Origin: Acidobacteriota bacterium | Lineage (GTDB): Bacteria; Acidobacteriota; Vicinamibacteria; Vicinamibacterales; UBA2999 | Assembly (NCBI GenBank): GCA_052389315.1 | Contig: JBQTIE010000295.1 | Span: forward strand, 5,255-69,254 | Reading direction: 5' to 3' | DNA: 64,000 nucleotides | Shown: piece after piece, positions 56,192 through 64,000 of the stretch | How positions within the stretch are numbered: the stretch's first letter is position 1 | Layout: every line of letters begins with the position of its first letter | Notes under the pieces: model-generated | What the model saw: the letters and a program-made list of their open reading frames with translations, nothing else | What the model was told of the DNA's origin: nothing | Database searches by the model: none | Made by a program: the position numbers and the translations under genes

Positions 56192-57022
56192 ATGATACGG
56201 ATGTTCGAATGCGGTCGTGTCGCCCGGGCGGCGGCCATTGGAGTCTTGGTCCTCGGTTGGCCGTGCACGGCGGCGGCTCAGTTTCGCCCCGCGCCGAACC
56301 CGGCCATCGGCGAGCGCTACCACATCGAAGGGGCGATGACGCTGTGGAACGCCGACCCGACGCTGATCGTCTCGAGCGAGGCCCTCGGCATTCCCGGAGA
56401 CAACGTTGACCTCGTGACCGACCTGGGAATCGAGCAAGAGCGCCTGCGGGAGTTCCGGCTGGTCCTCCGGCCCGCGACCAAGCACAAATTCCGGGTGCAC
56501 TACCTGCCCATCAGCTACGAGGCCCAGGCCGTCGTGCAACGCTCGTTCGTCTTCAATGGCCAGCGCTACCGCATCGGACTCCCCGTCAACACCACCGCGA
56601 ATCTCAAGACCTACCGGTTCGGGTACGAATACGACTTCTTCTACAGGGATCGCGGGTACGTTGGTGTGCTGCTCGACCTCAAGTACACGGACGTGCAGGT
56701 CAACCTGGATAGTCCGATCGGCGCGGAATTCACGAGCGCCGTCGCGCCGATTCCCACCTTCGGGTTCGTCGGGCGCGGCTACGTGACCAGCAACGTGTCG
56801 ATCACCGGTGAGTTCACCTTCTTCAAGGTACCCGAAAACCTGGGTGGCGAAGATTACGGCGGTCGCTACATCGATTACGACTTTTACGGCACCATCAACT
56901 TCACCAACAACGTCGGCGCGCAGTTCGGTGTGCGGTCGATCGATGTCGAGTACTTCAAAGAGCTCGACACCGGTAACTTGCAGTTCAAGGGATTGTATTT
57001 CGGGGGCGTGCTGCGCTACTGA
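56192..57022 (+). CDS. outer membrane beta-barrel protein (hypothetical)
   Basis: Signal peptide ..VLVLGWPCTAAAQ, aromatic-rich alternating strands (YRFGYEYDFFY, GVLLDLKYTDVQV, YIDYDFYGTINF) and a C-terminal ..GLYFGGVLRY. Start is ATG 56192 within ORF 56090..57022. Confidence 0.6.
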   Translation: MIRMFECGRVARAAAIGVLVLGWPCTAAAQFRPAPNPAIGERYHIEGAMTLWNADPTLIVSSEALGIPGDNVDLVTDLGIEQERLREFRLVLRPATKHKFRVHYLPISYEAQAVVQRSFVFNGQRYRIGLPVNTTANLKTYRFGYEYDFFYRDRGYVGVLLDLKYTDVQVNLDSPIGAEFTSAVAPIPTFGFVGRGYVTSNVSITGEFTFFKVPENLGGEDYGGRYIDYDFYGTINFTNNVGAQFGVRSIDVEYFKELDTGNLQFKGLYFGGVLRY

Positions 57023-59673
57023 GACGGCTCGGGGAACTCGAGCCGCACACCGAGGCGCCGTGGGTCGCGCGACTCGGGATCCTGATCGACCGGCCGGAAC
57101 CATGCCCCCGTGTGGATCGCGAGCAGTTGGTTGGCCGGCACGCTCAGGCGCGACTGTTCGCCGGGGGCGAGCGCCGCGGTCGCCCTCCACGACCCGGCTT
57201 CCAGTTCCACCTGCGTCGGCACCGGGCCTGCCTGGAGGATCACCTCGACGCCGGGCTCCGCGCTGGTGAGGGCCACTCGCGCGGTGGCATTGCCTCGCGT
57301 CCAGAGCCCTCCGGGTTCCAGATACACTTCGTCGTCCAGGAGGAATACTCGTGCGGCGCCGAATCGCGACGCGCGAATCACGTAGCGATCGGCCGCAATC
57401 GGCCTGCGGTCGACGACGAGCGGCCGAAGGCCCACCCGCGTGAGGCTCGCTCTCGCCGCAGTATCGCCTCGAACGACCACGGAGTGTGCGCGCGCGGGCA
57501 AGCGCATCCGGAAGGTGGTGACGCCTGGTGCCACGCCGTCGAGCGCCCACGTCTCAATCGCCTGCGACGTCAACCCGACAGCTACGGCGAGCGTCCCCGA
57601 CAGCCGGCTCGGCCCCTCGAGCAACACCGCATATTCGCCCGCCGGCAGCCACGCCGCGGCGAACAGTACGTCAGGACCCTTGACGTCGCGGGTGCGTCCT
57701 GACATATGGAGCGAGAGGCTTGCCAACGCCTGCCCGTGCCGCACTCGATGTCGCTCGGGCAGGCGGAGCATGACGGGGCGCCACGAAGGGTCCCAACGGC
57801 GGACGAACTCTGCTTCAGACGACTCAGGGGTGACGGCCTGCAGCCCCTGTTGCCACCAGACCGCGGTCATACCCAACATGGTGACGACGAGCACCCACAG
57901 CCCGGTCAGGGCCCATGACGCCCCGAAGGACCTCACCCGCGTTCGCAGAGAGCCCGCCAACCCGGCGCACGCGGCCACGGTCATGGACGCCCAAATAGCC
58001 GCCGCCGTGAGCGCGACGGCTCCGCCAGTGCGGTGCACGCTGGGAACGGCGAGGGAGATGTCGATCGATCGCGCCAGCCAATCCAGCAGAAGATCCGACC
58101 CGTCTCGCGTGTTGTACATGAGCAGACCGTCAAGGAGGACCACTCGCGCCACCAGGTTGGCGAAGCCGATCAGCACCAGCGCACCGAACGTCCATCGCCA
58201 CGCTCGCCCACCGGTCAGCCATCCGTGCGCCAGGATGGGCACCGCCAATGGCAGGACGGGAACCAGGAATCTGGCGGGAGCGCTCCAGCCGCCCCACCAC
58301 ATGCCGAACGACGCAACGAGCGCCACGTACGGCACGGCCGTCAGCAGGAGTTCGCCGGCCAGGCGGGGCCGAGCCTGGACGAAACGCCAGAGCGATGGTA
58401 CCAAGTACAGGATCGCAGGAGCGCTGGCGAGCAAGCCAAACTGCTGATCAACGGCCAGACCGGTGAAGCCTCGGCCGATCCACATCCAGGCATTCTGCTG
58501 GCTGCCCCCATAGGGCACCGCCGGATTGACCGTGCCGTAGATGCGCTCGAAGTACGAGAACCAGGCCAGGGCCAGCAGCGCGGGGCCAGCCCCGAAGGCG
58601 ATGAGCGCGCGCCACCGGTCCGGTCGGCCCAGGAGCCGAGCGCCCAGCACCAGCCCCAACGCCGCCGACAGGATGGCGAAGCGGGTGTGCAACCACGGCA
58701 GCACTCCGAGGAGCAGTCCCGCTGCCATGAGCAGTCCCGGACGGGCTTCGAGAGAACGAGACACGCCCAGGCGAATCAACAGTGCGGCGCTGGCGGCGAC
58801 GATCGCCCCACCCACGGCGTCGGGAAAGATCGAGACGCTGTGAACAACCCACGGTGCGCTGGCCGCCACCGCCAGCGTGCCCGCCCACGCCGCGGCGGCA
58901 TCGGAGGTCATCAGGTACGCCGCCCGCCACATCGCCGCGACGCCGAGCGCGCAGATCAAAGCCAGCGTCATCACGGCACCGGCGTAACCGGCGAGCCAGA
59001 AGGCTGGCAGAACCAGCACCGACACGCCCGGTGCGTGAATGGAGTAGATCTCACCGTCGCCGCCCCTCTTCAGGAAGTCCGGGAACAGCGGGTTGGCGGA
59101 GTACGCGAAGTAGTCACCCCTGTCGTGATTGTTCTGGATCCGAAGGTCCCCGTCCGACAGCAGGCTCTGCGTGATGACGAGGTAGTGAGGTTCATCACCA
59201 GCGGGAAGTTGCTGCTGGAGGCCCCAGGCGCAGGCCAACGAGACCACGAGCGCCAGCGCACTGGCCGTCCAGGGCGCGCGTTTCGGATCGCCGATGAGCG
59301 CCAGGCCGCGGACGAAGCGCTCCAGGCGAGCGCGAGCAATGCGGGCGCAGAGCACGCCGCCGAGGGCGGCTGTCCAGACCAGCGCCTCGAGCGGGCCTTC
59401 CCAGACAAGCGCGGCATGCGGGACGGGCGCCGGCAGCCACGGCCACCACAAGACGGCGGTCAGGGCCAGGGGCCAGGCCTCCGCCGTTCTGAGGCGCCCA
59501 AGCCACGCCAGCAGGACTGGCGCGGCGATCAGCGGGGCCAGGGCCCAGAGACTCGGCAGGGCGCCGATGCTCGCGCCGCTGTCGTGGATGACCGCGAGCG
59601 ATCCCAGCGACAGCCAGGCTGACGCTCCCGCGGCGAGGGCCAGCCCGAGCGCGCCGGGGTCGGTTCGGCGCAT
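57016..59673 (-). CDS. large polytopic membrane protein, GT-C-fold glycosyltransferase-like, with a C-terminal extracytoplasmic beta-rich domain of roughly 300 aa
   Basis: About 15 hydrophobic helices. There is an acidic loop motif, LPAGDEPHYLVITQSLLSDGDL, after the early TM helices, as in ArnT/PMT-type enzymes. ATG 59673 sits 1 nt after the methyltransferase stop. The ORF extends to 59757. Confidence 0.55.
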   Translation of the reverse strand: MRRTDPGALGLALAAGASAWLSLGSLAVIHDSGASIGALPSLWALAPLIAAPVLLAWLGRLRTAEAWPLALTAVLWWPWLPAPVPHAALVWEGPLEALVWTAALGGVLCARIARARLERFVRGLALIGDPKRAPWTASALALVVSLACAWGLQQQLPAGDEPHYLVITQSLLSDGDLRIQNNHDRGDYFAYSANPLFPDFLKRGGDGEIYSIHAPGVSVLVLPAFWLAGYAGAVMTLALICALGVAAMWRAAYLMTSDAAAAWAGTLAVAASAPWVVHSVSIFPDAVGGAIVAASAALLIRLGVSRSLEARPGLLMAAGLLLGVLPWLHTRFAILSAALGLVLGARLLGRPDRWRALIAFGAGPALLALAWFSYFERIYGTVNPAVPYGGSQQNAWMWIGRGFTGLAVDQQFGLLASAPAILYLVPSLWRFVQARPRLAGELLLTAVPYVALVASFGMWWGGWSAPARFLVPVLPLAVPILAHGWLTGGRAWRWTFGALVLIGFANLVARVVLLDGLLMYNTRDGSDLLLDWLARSIDISLAVPSVHRTGGAVALTAAAIWASMTVAACAGLAGSLRTRVRSFGASWALTGLWVLVVTMLGMTAVWWQQGLQAVTPESSEAEFVRRWDPSWRPVMLRLPERHRVRHGQALASLSLHMSGRTRDVKGPDVLFAAAWLPAGEYAVLLEGPSRLSGTLAVAVGLTSQAIETWALDGVAPGVTTFRMRLPARAHSVVVRGDTAARASLTRVGLRPLVVDRRPIAADRYVIRASRFGAARVFLLDDEVYLEPGGLWTRGNATARVALTSAEPGVEVILQAGPVPTQVELEAGSWRATAALAPGEQSRLSVPANQLLAIHTGAWFRPVDQDPESRDPRRLGVRLEFPEPSQ

Positions 59674-59674
59674 G

Positions 59675-60421
59675 TCAGGAAGGTTTGCGAGCGTGGCAGA
59701 GCAGCGAACTGCCGACGGGGAGGTCCACGACACGCAGCGCGGCAGCTTCGAGACCAACCAACCCCGTCAGCATCATGTTGATCGGCCACGGGGGGACGGT
59801 GATGTCGAACTCACCGGCCGGGATGGACGGTCCTTTGCGCCACCGCTGCACGGTGCGCACGAGCAGCATGAGGGGAAACAGGCTCGCGTACACGAAGGTC
59901 AGCCGGTCGATGGTAAAGCCTGCCCGCTCGACAACGAGTCGCAGCCGGGCCGGGGTGTAGCGACGCACCTCCTCGGAGAGCGTGCTGTGCGGTCCCCGGA
60001 GCGCGTCGAGGGCCGCGACGTTGAGAATCAGGCGGCCACCTGGCTTGAGCACTCGCCACAGTTCGGCGAGGGCCGCCTCCTCGACCGGATCGGGCAGGCA
60101 TTGGAACACGTCGAACGACGTCGCCACGTCGATGGTGGCGTCCCGCACCGGAACCGCCGCGAGGCTGGCCCGAGCCAACCCTTGCCGTCCCAGCTGACGG
60201 CCGAGCACCAGCCCGTTCCAGGTGAGATCGAATCCGTGGGTGACCCCGAACTGGCGGAGCCACGCCACGTTGGCGCCCGTGCCGCATCCGCAGTCGAGAA
60301 GCGTCGGGGCGTCGAGGCCGCGCACGGCTCGCGCGACCTCGGGCTGTACAAACCAGCGAAACCCGCGAAACCAGAAGTGCGACTGCTCCGCGCGACAGGT
60401 CAGTTCCAGCAGGCGATCCAT
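59675..60421 (-). CDS. class I SAM-dependent methyltransferase
   Basis: Motif I LLDCGCGTGANVAWL. Post-I and motif II-like segments (GFDLT, DVATSFDVFQCLPD) and LKPGGRLILNV. Confidence 0.8.
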   Translation of the reverse strand: MDRLLELTCRAEQSHFWFRGFRWFVQPEVARAVRGLDAPTLLDCGCGTGANVAWLRQFGVTHGFDLTWNGLVLGRQLGRQGLARASLAAVPVRDATIDVATSFDVFQCLPDPVEEAALAELWRVLKPGGRLILNVAALDALRGPHSTLSEEVRRYTPARLRLVVERAGFTIDRLTFVYASLFPLMLLVRTVQRWRKGPSIPAGEFDITVPPWPINMMLTGLVGLEAAALRVVDLPVGSSLLCHARKPS

Positions 60422-60458
60422 CGAGGCGGCGAACGCGTCATGCTACCATACGCCCCGC

Positions 60459-62123
60459 ATGCGCTCGCGCGGACTGATCGAGGCCACGCTCGTCTGCCTC
60501 ATCGCGACCGCGCTCACGGCTGCTGCCACTTATCCGGTGGCGGTCCGCTATGACCAGGTGGGACGCGTCAACACGGACGACGGCCGCTGGAGCATCTGGG
60601 TGGTGGCGTGGGTCGCGCATAAGCTGACGAGCGATCCCCTCGAAGTCTTCAACGCCAATATCTTCCATCCGCACCGGTACGCCCTGGCGTTCTCGGAGGC
60701 CAACCTCGGTGCGGGCTTCCTCGGTGCCCCCGTCTGGTTCTTGACCGAGAATCCGTATGCCACCCACAACATCGCGTTCCTGTTGTCGTTCGTCATCGCG
60801 TTCGCGGGCGCGTACTACCTCGTCCGCCACCTGACCGCCAGCCGCCACGCCGCGATTGTCAGCGCCGTCCTGTACGCGTTCTGTCCGTTCGTGTTCGCTC
60901 GAACCGCCCACATCCAGCTGATGTTCACGGGCGGACTCCCATGGTCGATGCTGGCGTTCCATCGTCTCGTCGATGCGCCGTCGGTCACGCGATCGGTCGT
61001 CCTCGGCGTCACGTTGTGGGCAACGGCCCTGTCCTGTGCGTACTACGGCATCTTCGCCGGGCTGATGGTCGGCTTGGGCACGGCGGTGTTCGCCGCGGCC
61101 CATGGACGGTGGCGATCGTCCGACTACTGGGTCGCGATTGGCCTGGCCGCGTTCGTGAGCGTGGGTCTGACCATCCCCTTCTTCCTGCCGTACCTGGAGA
61201 TTCAGACCGAGATGGGCTTTGCGCGCACGCTGGACGACGCTCGGATGTACTCGGCCGATGGCGGTGCGTGGCTCGCATCGGCGGCCTGGGCCCATCGCTG
61301 GTGGCTGCCGCACCTCGATCGGTTCAACGAGGTGCTGTTCCCCGGCGTGACCACCCTGGTCCTGGCCGTCGTTGGCATCGCACGCGGTGTCGGCCGCAAG
61401 CCGCCGGTGGGGGCCGCTCATCGCCCTGGCTTGAGCCTGGAGGCAGGTCTCCTATACGTGCTCATCGCGGTGTTCGCGTGTTGGGCGTCGTTCGGGCCCG
61501 ATGGCGGACTCTATCGCCTCTTCTACGACTATCTGCCGATCTTCACGTTCCTCCGCGCACCCGGTCGAATGGGCATCATGGTCACGCTGGCGCTGACCGT
61601 CCTGGCCGGATCCGCCGTGGCGTACTGGTCGAGTCGGCTGGCGCGCGCCACAGCACTCACGGCTGCCCTCGCGGCTGGTGCCTTCGCCGAGCTGGCGACC
61701 ATGCCGCTCGATCAGTTCAGGCAAGCCGACCAGGTCTCGTCTGCACATCGCCTCCTCAAGACTTTACCCAGGGGCGTGGTCGCCGAGTTCCCCTATTGGT
61801 ACGAGCGCATGGACTTCCCGCGTCATGCCTTCTACATGCTGCTCTCGACCGCGCACTGGCAACCACTGGTCAATGGCTACAGCGATCACATCCCCAGGGA
61901 CTTTCGAGAGAGCGTGCGATCGCTGTCGTCGTTCCCCTCGCGCGAATCGTTCGGGATCCTCGCCAGGCGTGAGACGCGCTACGTGCTGCTTCACCTGAAC
62001 ATGTACAACATCAGGCTCCGGGAGCGGTTGTTCGAACGACTCGAGGCCTATCAGGACTACTTGCGTCCCATCGTGCGGGAAGGCGACGTGTGGCTCTTCG
62101 AAATCGTTGGGTGGCCGAACTAG
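60459..62123 (+). CDS. polytopic membrane protein, GT-C-like candidate (paralog 1)
   Basis: TM1 is followed by the loop VGRVNTDDGRWSIWVVAWVAHKL, then about 11 further helices and a C-terminal soluble domain of roughly 120 aa (HWQPLVNGYSDHIP...). It is clearly paralogous to the next gene. Start is ATG 60459 within ORF 60222..62123. Confidence 0.6.
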   Translation: MRSRGLIEATLVCLIATALTAAATYPVAVRYDQVGRVNTDDGRWSIWVVAWVAHKLTSDPLEVFNANIFHPHRYALAFSEANLGAGFLGAPVWFLTENPYATHNIAFLLSFVIAFAGAYYLVRHLTASRHAAIVSAVLYAFCPFVFARTAHIQLMFTGGLPWSMLAFHRLVDAPSVTRSVVLGVTLWATALSCAYYGIFAGLMVGLGTAVFAAAHGRWRSSDYWVAIGLAAFVSVGLTIPFFLPYLEIQTEMGFARTLDDARMYSADGGAWLASAAWAHRWWLPHLDRFNEVLFPGVTTLVLAVVGIARGVGRKPPVGAAHRPGLSLEAGLLYVLIAVFACWASFGPDGGLYRLFYDYLPIFTFLRAPGRMGIMVTLALTVLAGSAVAYWSSRLARATALTAALAAGAFAELATMPLDQFRQADQVSSAHRLLKTLPRGVVAEFPYWYERMDFPRHAFYMLLSTAHWQPLVNGYSDHIPRDFRESVRSLSSFPSRESFGILARRETRYVLLHLNMYNIRLRERLFERLEAYQDYLRPIVREGDVWLFEIVGWPN

Positions 62124-63715
62124 CGCTCTTCGCCCTGCTGGCGACGCTTCACACCTGGCCGCTCGCCACCGATCCGGCGCACCTCACCCGCCTCGACAAT
62201 GACGATGCCGCCTTCAATACGTGGGTGATCGCGTGGGTGGCCCATCAGCTTCCCAGGGATCCGCAGCGCCTCTTCGAGGCTCCCATCTTTCATCCAGCCC
62301 ACGAGGCCCTGGCGTTCTCGGAGCACATGCTGGTGCCGGCCCTGCTCGGCGCGCCGCTGCAATGGGCGGGCGTTTCGCCGGTACTCGTCTACAACATCCT
62401 GGTATGGGCCGGGCTCACGCTGTCCGGCTTCTCCTTGTGCGTCGTCATGCGCCGCTGGACAGGCAGTGGCATCGCCGGGGTGGTCGCCGGGAGCGCGTAC
62501 GCGTTCAACGCCCACCTCTTGACCCGCTTTTCCCACTTGCAAGCGCTGCACGTCGAGTTTTTGCCCGTCGTGCTGTTCGCCTTCGACCGGCTCCTCTCCA
62601 CCAAGCGGACCCGGTGGGCTGCCCTGCTGGCCGTCGCCTTCCTGCTGCAGGCGCTCTGCTCGAATTACACGATGGTGTTCCTGGCCACGGCGCTCGGCAC
62701 GGCGCTGCTGGTCCGACCAGAACCCTGGACGCGCGGATCTCTCCGCCTGTGGCTCGCGCTGGCCGGCGCGGCCCTCGTGGCCGGCGGAGCGCTGGTTCCG
62801 TTCCTCCTGCCGTACTACCGTGTCAGGCTCGATCAGGGATTGGTGCGCACGATCGATGATGTGCGGCTGTACTCAGCGGGTTGGCTGGACTACCTCGTGA
62901 CCGCAGGACGAATCCATTTCTCGGCATGGAGCCACTACGTTTTTGAGCATCGGACGGCCCTGTTCCCGGGCCTGACGGCCAGTGCCCTCGCGGCCATGAC
63001 GGTGATCAGCGGCGTAGCACTCCGTGATCGACGTGCCCGGATGGCACTGGCGTTCAGCGTCGTCGGCTTTGCGCTGTCGTTTGGCGCGAACCTGCCGGGC
63101 TATGCGTGGCTGCACGAGCACGTCCCGCTCCTCCAGGGCATTCGCGCGGCTGCCCGCTGGGGGTTCCTCGCCCTGACGGGTATCGGCATCCTGGCGGGTT
63201 TCGGCGTCAGCTGGCTGCAGAACCGGGTCGGCCGGACGTCCGTCTGGCCGGCTATCGCCATCGGCCTGGTCGGCCTGGTCACCCTAGAGGCGCTGCGCGC
63301 GCCACTTTCGCTCCGTCGTTTCGACGGTCTGGCCTCCGTGCATCGGCGTCTCGCGCGCGCCGAAGTGCACGCCATCGTCGTCTTTCCACTCTACGGCGGC
63401 GACCGATTCAATCGAAACGCCATGTACCTGCTCGATCAGACGGCGCACTGGAAACCCATGATCAACGGGTACAGCAGCTTTGCCCCGAGCAGTTTCTTCG
63501 AGCGCGCCGCGCGTCTGCAGTCGTTTCCAGACGCCGCCTCCATTGCTGAACTCCGTTCGGTGGGGGTCAGCCATATCGTCTTGCATCGTGCCCCGCTCGA
63601 GGAGACCTTCGGGGCCGCGGCTCTTGCCTCGCTTCGCGCTCACCCGGACCTCGAGTTCGTCGTCGAACAAACGGGTGTGATCGTCTATCGGCTTCGACCC
63701 GAGGGACCCGGTTGA
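62090..63715 (+). CDS. polytopic membrane protein, GT-C-like candidate (paralog 2)
   Basis: Same architecture as paralog 1: LTRLDNDDAAFNTWVIAWVAHQL, IFHPAHEALAFSEHMLVPALLGAP (versus IFHPHRYALAFSEANLGAGFLGAP) and HWKPMINGYSSFAP. GTG 62090 or GTG 62111 overlaps the end of paralog 1. Confidence 0.6.
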   Translation: MALRNRWVAELALFALLATLHTWPLATDPAHLTRLDNDDAAFNTWVIAWVAHQLPRDPQRLFEAPIFHPAHEALAFSEHMLVPALLGAPLQWAGVSPVLVYNILVWAGLTLSGFSLCVVMRRWTGSGIAGVVAGSAYAFNAHLLTRFSHLQALHVEFLPVVLFAFDRLLSTKRTRWAALLAVAFLLQALCSNYTMVFLATALGTALLVRPEPWTRGSLRLWLALAGAALVAGGALVPFLLPYYRVRLDQGLVRTIDDVRLYSAGWLDYLVTAGRIHFSAWSHYVFEHRTALFPGLTASALAAMTVISGVALRDRRARMALAFSVVGFALSFGANLPGYAWLHEHVPLLQGIRAAARWGFLALTGIGILAGFGVSWLQNRVGRTSVWPAIAIGLVGLVTLEALRAPLSLRRFDGLASVHRRLARAEVHAIVVFPLYGGDRFNRNAMYLLDQTAHWKPMINGYSSFAPSSFFERAARLQSFPDAASIAELRSVGVSHIVLHRAPLEETFGAAALASLRAHPDLEFVVEQTGVIVYRLRPEGPG

Positions 63716-63766
63716 CGCCGACCCGGACCACCCGGTCGTTGCTTGGCGCGGAATCTGTTCGTGCGC

Positions 63767-64000
63767 TCAGGGCTTGGCGGCCCGCAGTCGCGCCAATCGC
63801 AGCTCGGCCTCGCGAATGGTCTCGTCGCGCTTGGAAAAGCAGAACCGGACGAGCGAGGCCCCGTGGCGGGCGTCCTGGTAGAAGCTGCTCGCGGGAATCG
63901 CCGCCACTCCGATCTCGCTGACCAGGTACCTGGCAAACGCCACGTCGTCTTCGAAGCCGAACCTGGAGATGTCGGCCATGACGTAGTAGGCGCCCGCCGG
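63767..64000 (-). CDS. class I/II pyridoxal-phosphate-dependent aminotransferase, C-terminal part only (gene continues beyond the window)
   Basis: ..DVAFARYLVSEIGVAAIPASSFYQDARHGASLVRFCFSKRDETIREAELRL.. is a typical aminotransferase C-terminus. The frame is open to the window edge. Confidence 0.7.
   Translation of the reverse strand, partial: PAGAYYVMADISRFGFEDDVAFARYLVSEIGVAAIPASSFYQDARHGASLVRFCFSKRDETIREAELRLARLRAAKP

Noticed and set aside
58033-59622. A 529-aa plus-strand ORF inside the GT-C-like gene region.
   Set aside because: It is antisense to the hydrophobic, helix-rich 885-aa membrane protein. Its own translation is a highly charged Arg/Gly/Gln/Asp string without structure-like periodicity.

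Overview
This is a GC-rich chromosomal window from a diderm bacterium. It carries lpxB and lpxD, outer-membrane beta-barrel ORFs and a type III glutamine synthetase; the phylum cannot be fixed without searches. Coding density is high and the content is mostly housekeeping. I found no transposase, integrase, CRISPR array or obvious defence island. The many long ORFs antisense to real genes are the usual artefact of high GC.

Gene content, in order:
- 194-15788, minus strand: a tightly overlapping run with an osmoprotectant ABC transporter, an OMP barrel, a matrixin protease and its partner, lpxB, two M16 peptidases, lpxD, a membrane protein, an S1/P1-like nuclease, a YdjM hydrolase, an acyl-CoA ligase and a polysaccharide deacetylase.
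- 15789-16373: an unusual 585-bp motif-rich intergenic region.
- 16374-24625: GDSL lipase, glnN, FKBP, the AMMECR1 and Memo pair, an MBL hydrolase and gatCA.
- 24712-31597: a surE remnant, rpoZ-like, hsp20, dnaK (frameshifted as sequenced), an eIF-2B-like protein, an M20 amidase and a second hsp20.
- 31594-39369: ymdB, xseAB, a polyprenyl synthase, tlyA, nadK, mltG, ruvX and a ZIP transporter.
- 39473-43570: a second, fused matrixin, an EnvC-like M23 protein and an S41 homolog.
- 43927-56000: hup, tRNA-Val, thrS-infC-rpmI-rplT-pheST, zapB-like, zapA, a candidate 6S RNA, thiL, a 3D-domain protein and cstA.
- 56192-64000: an uncharacterised envelope cluster of three GT-C-like polytopic membrane proteins plus a SAM methyltransferase, then a truncated aminotransferase gene at the window edge.

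Observations most worth a second look:
- the 8-bp tandem duplication that breaks dnaK
- the split versus fused matrixin module
- the GT-C-like and methyltransferase cluster
- the S41 homolog lacking its Ser/Lys dyad, next to a degenerate M23 protein
- the candidate 6S RNA after zapA
- the TTGAC-motif intergenic array

All calls rest on reading the ORF translations and the DNA by eye. No database search was run.
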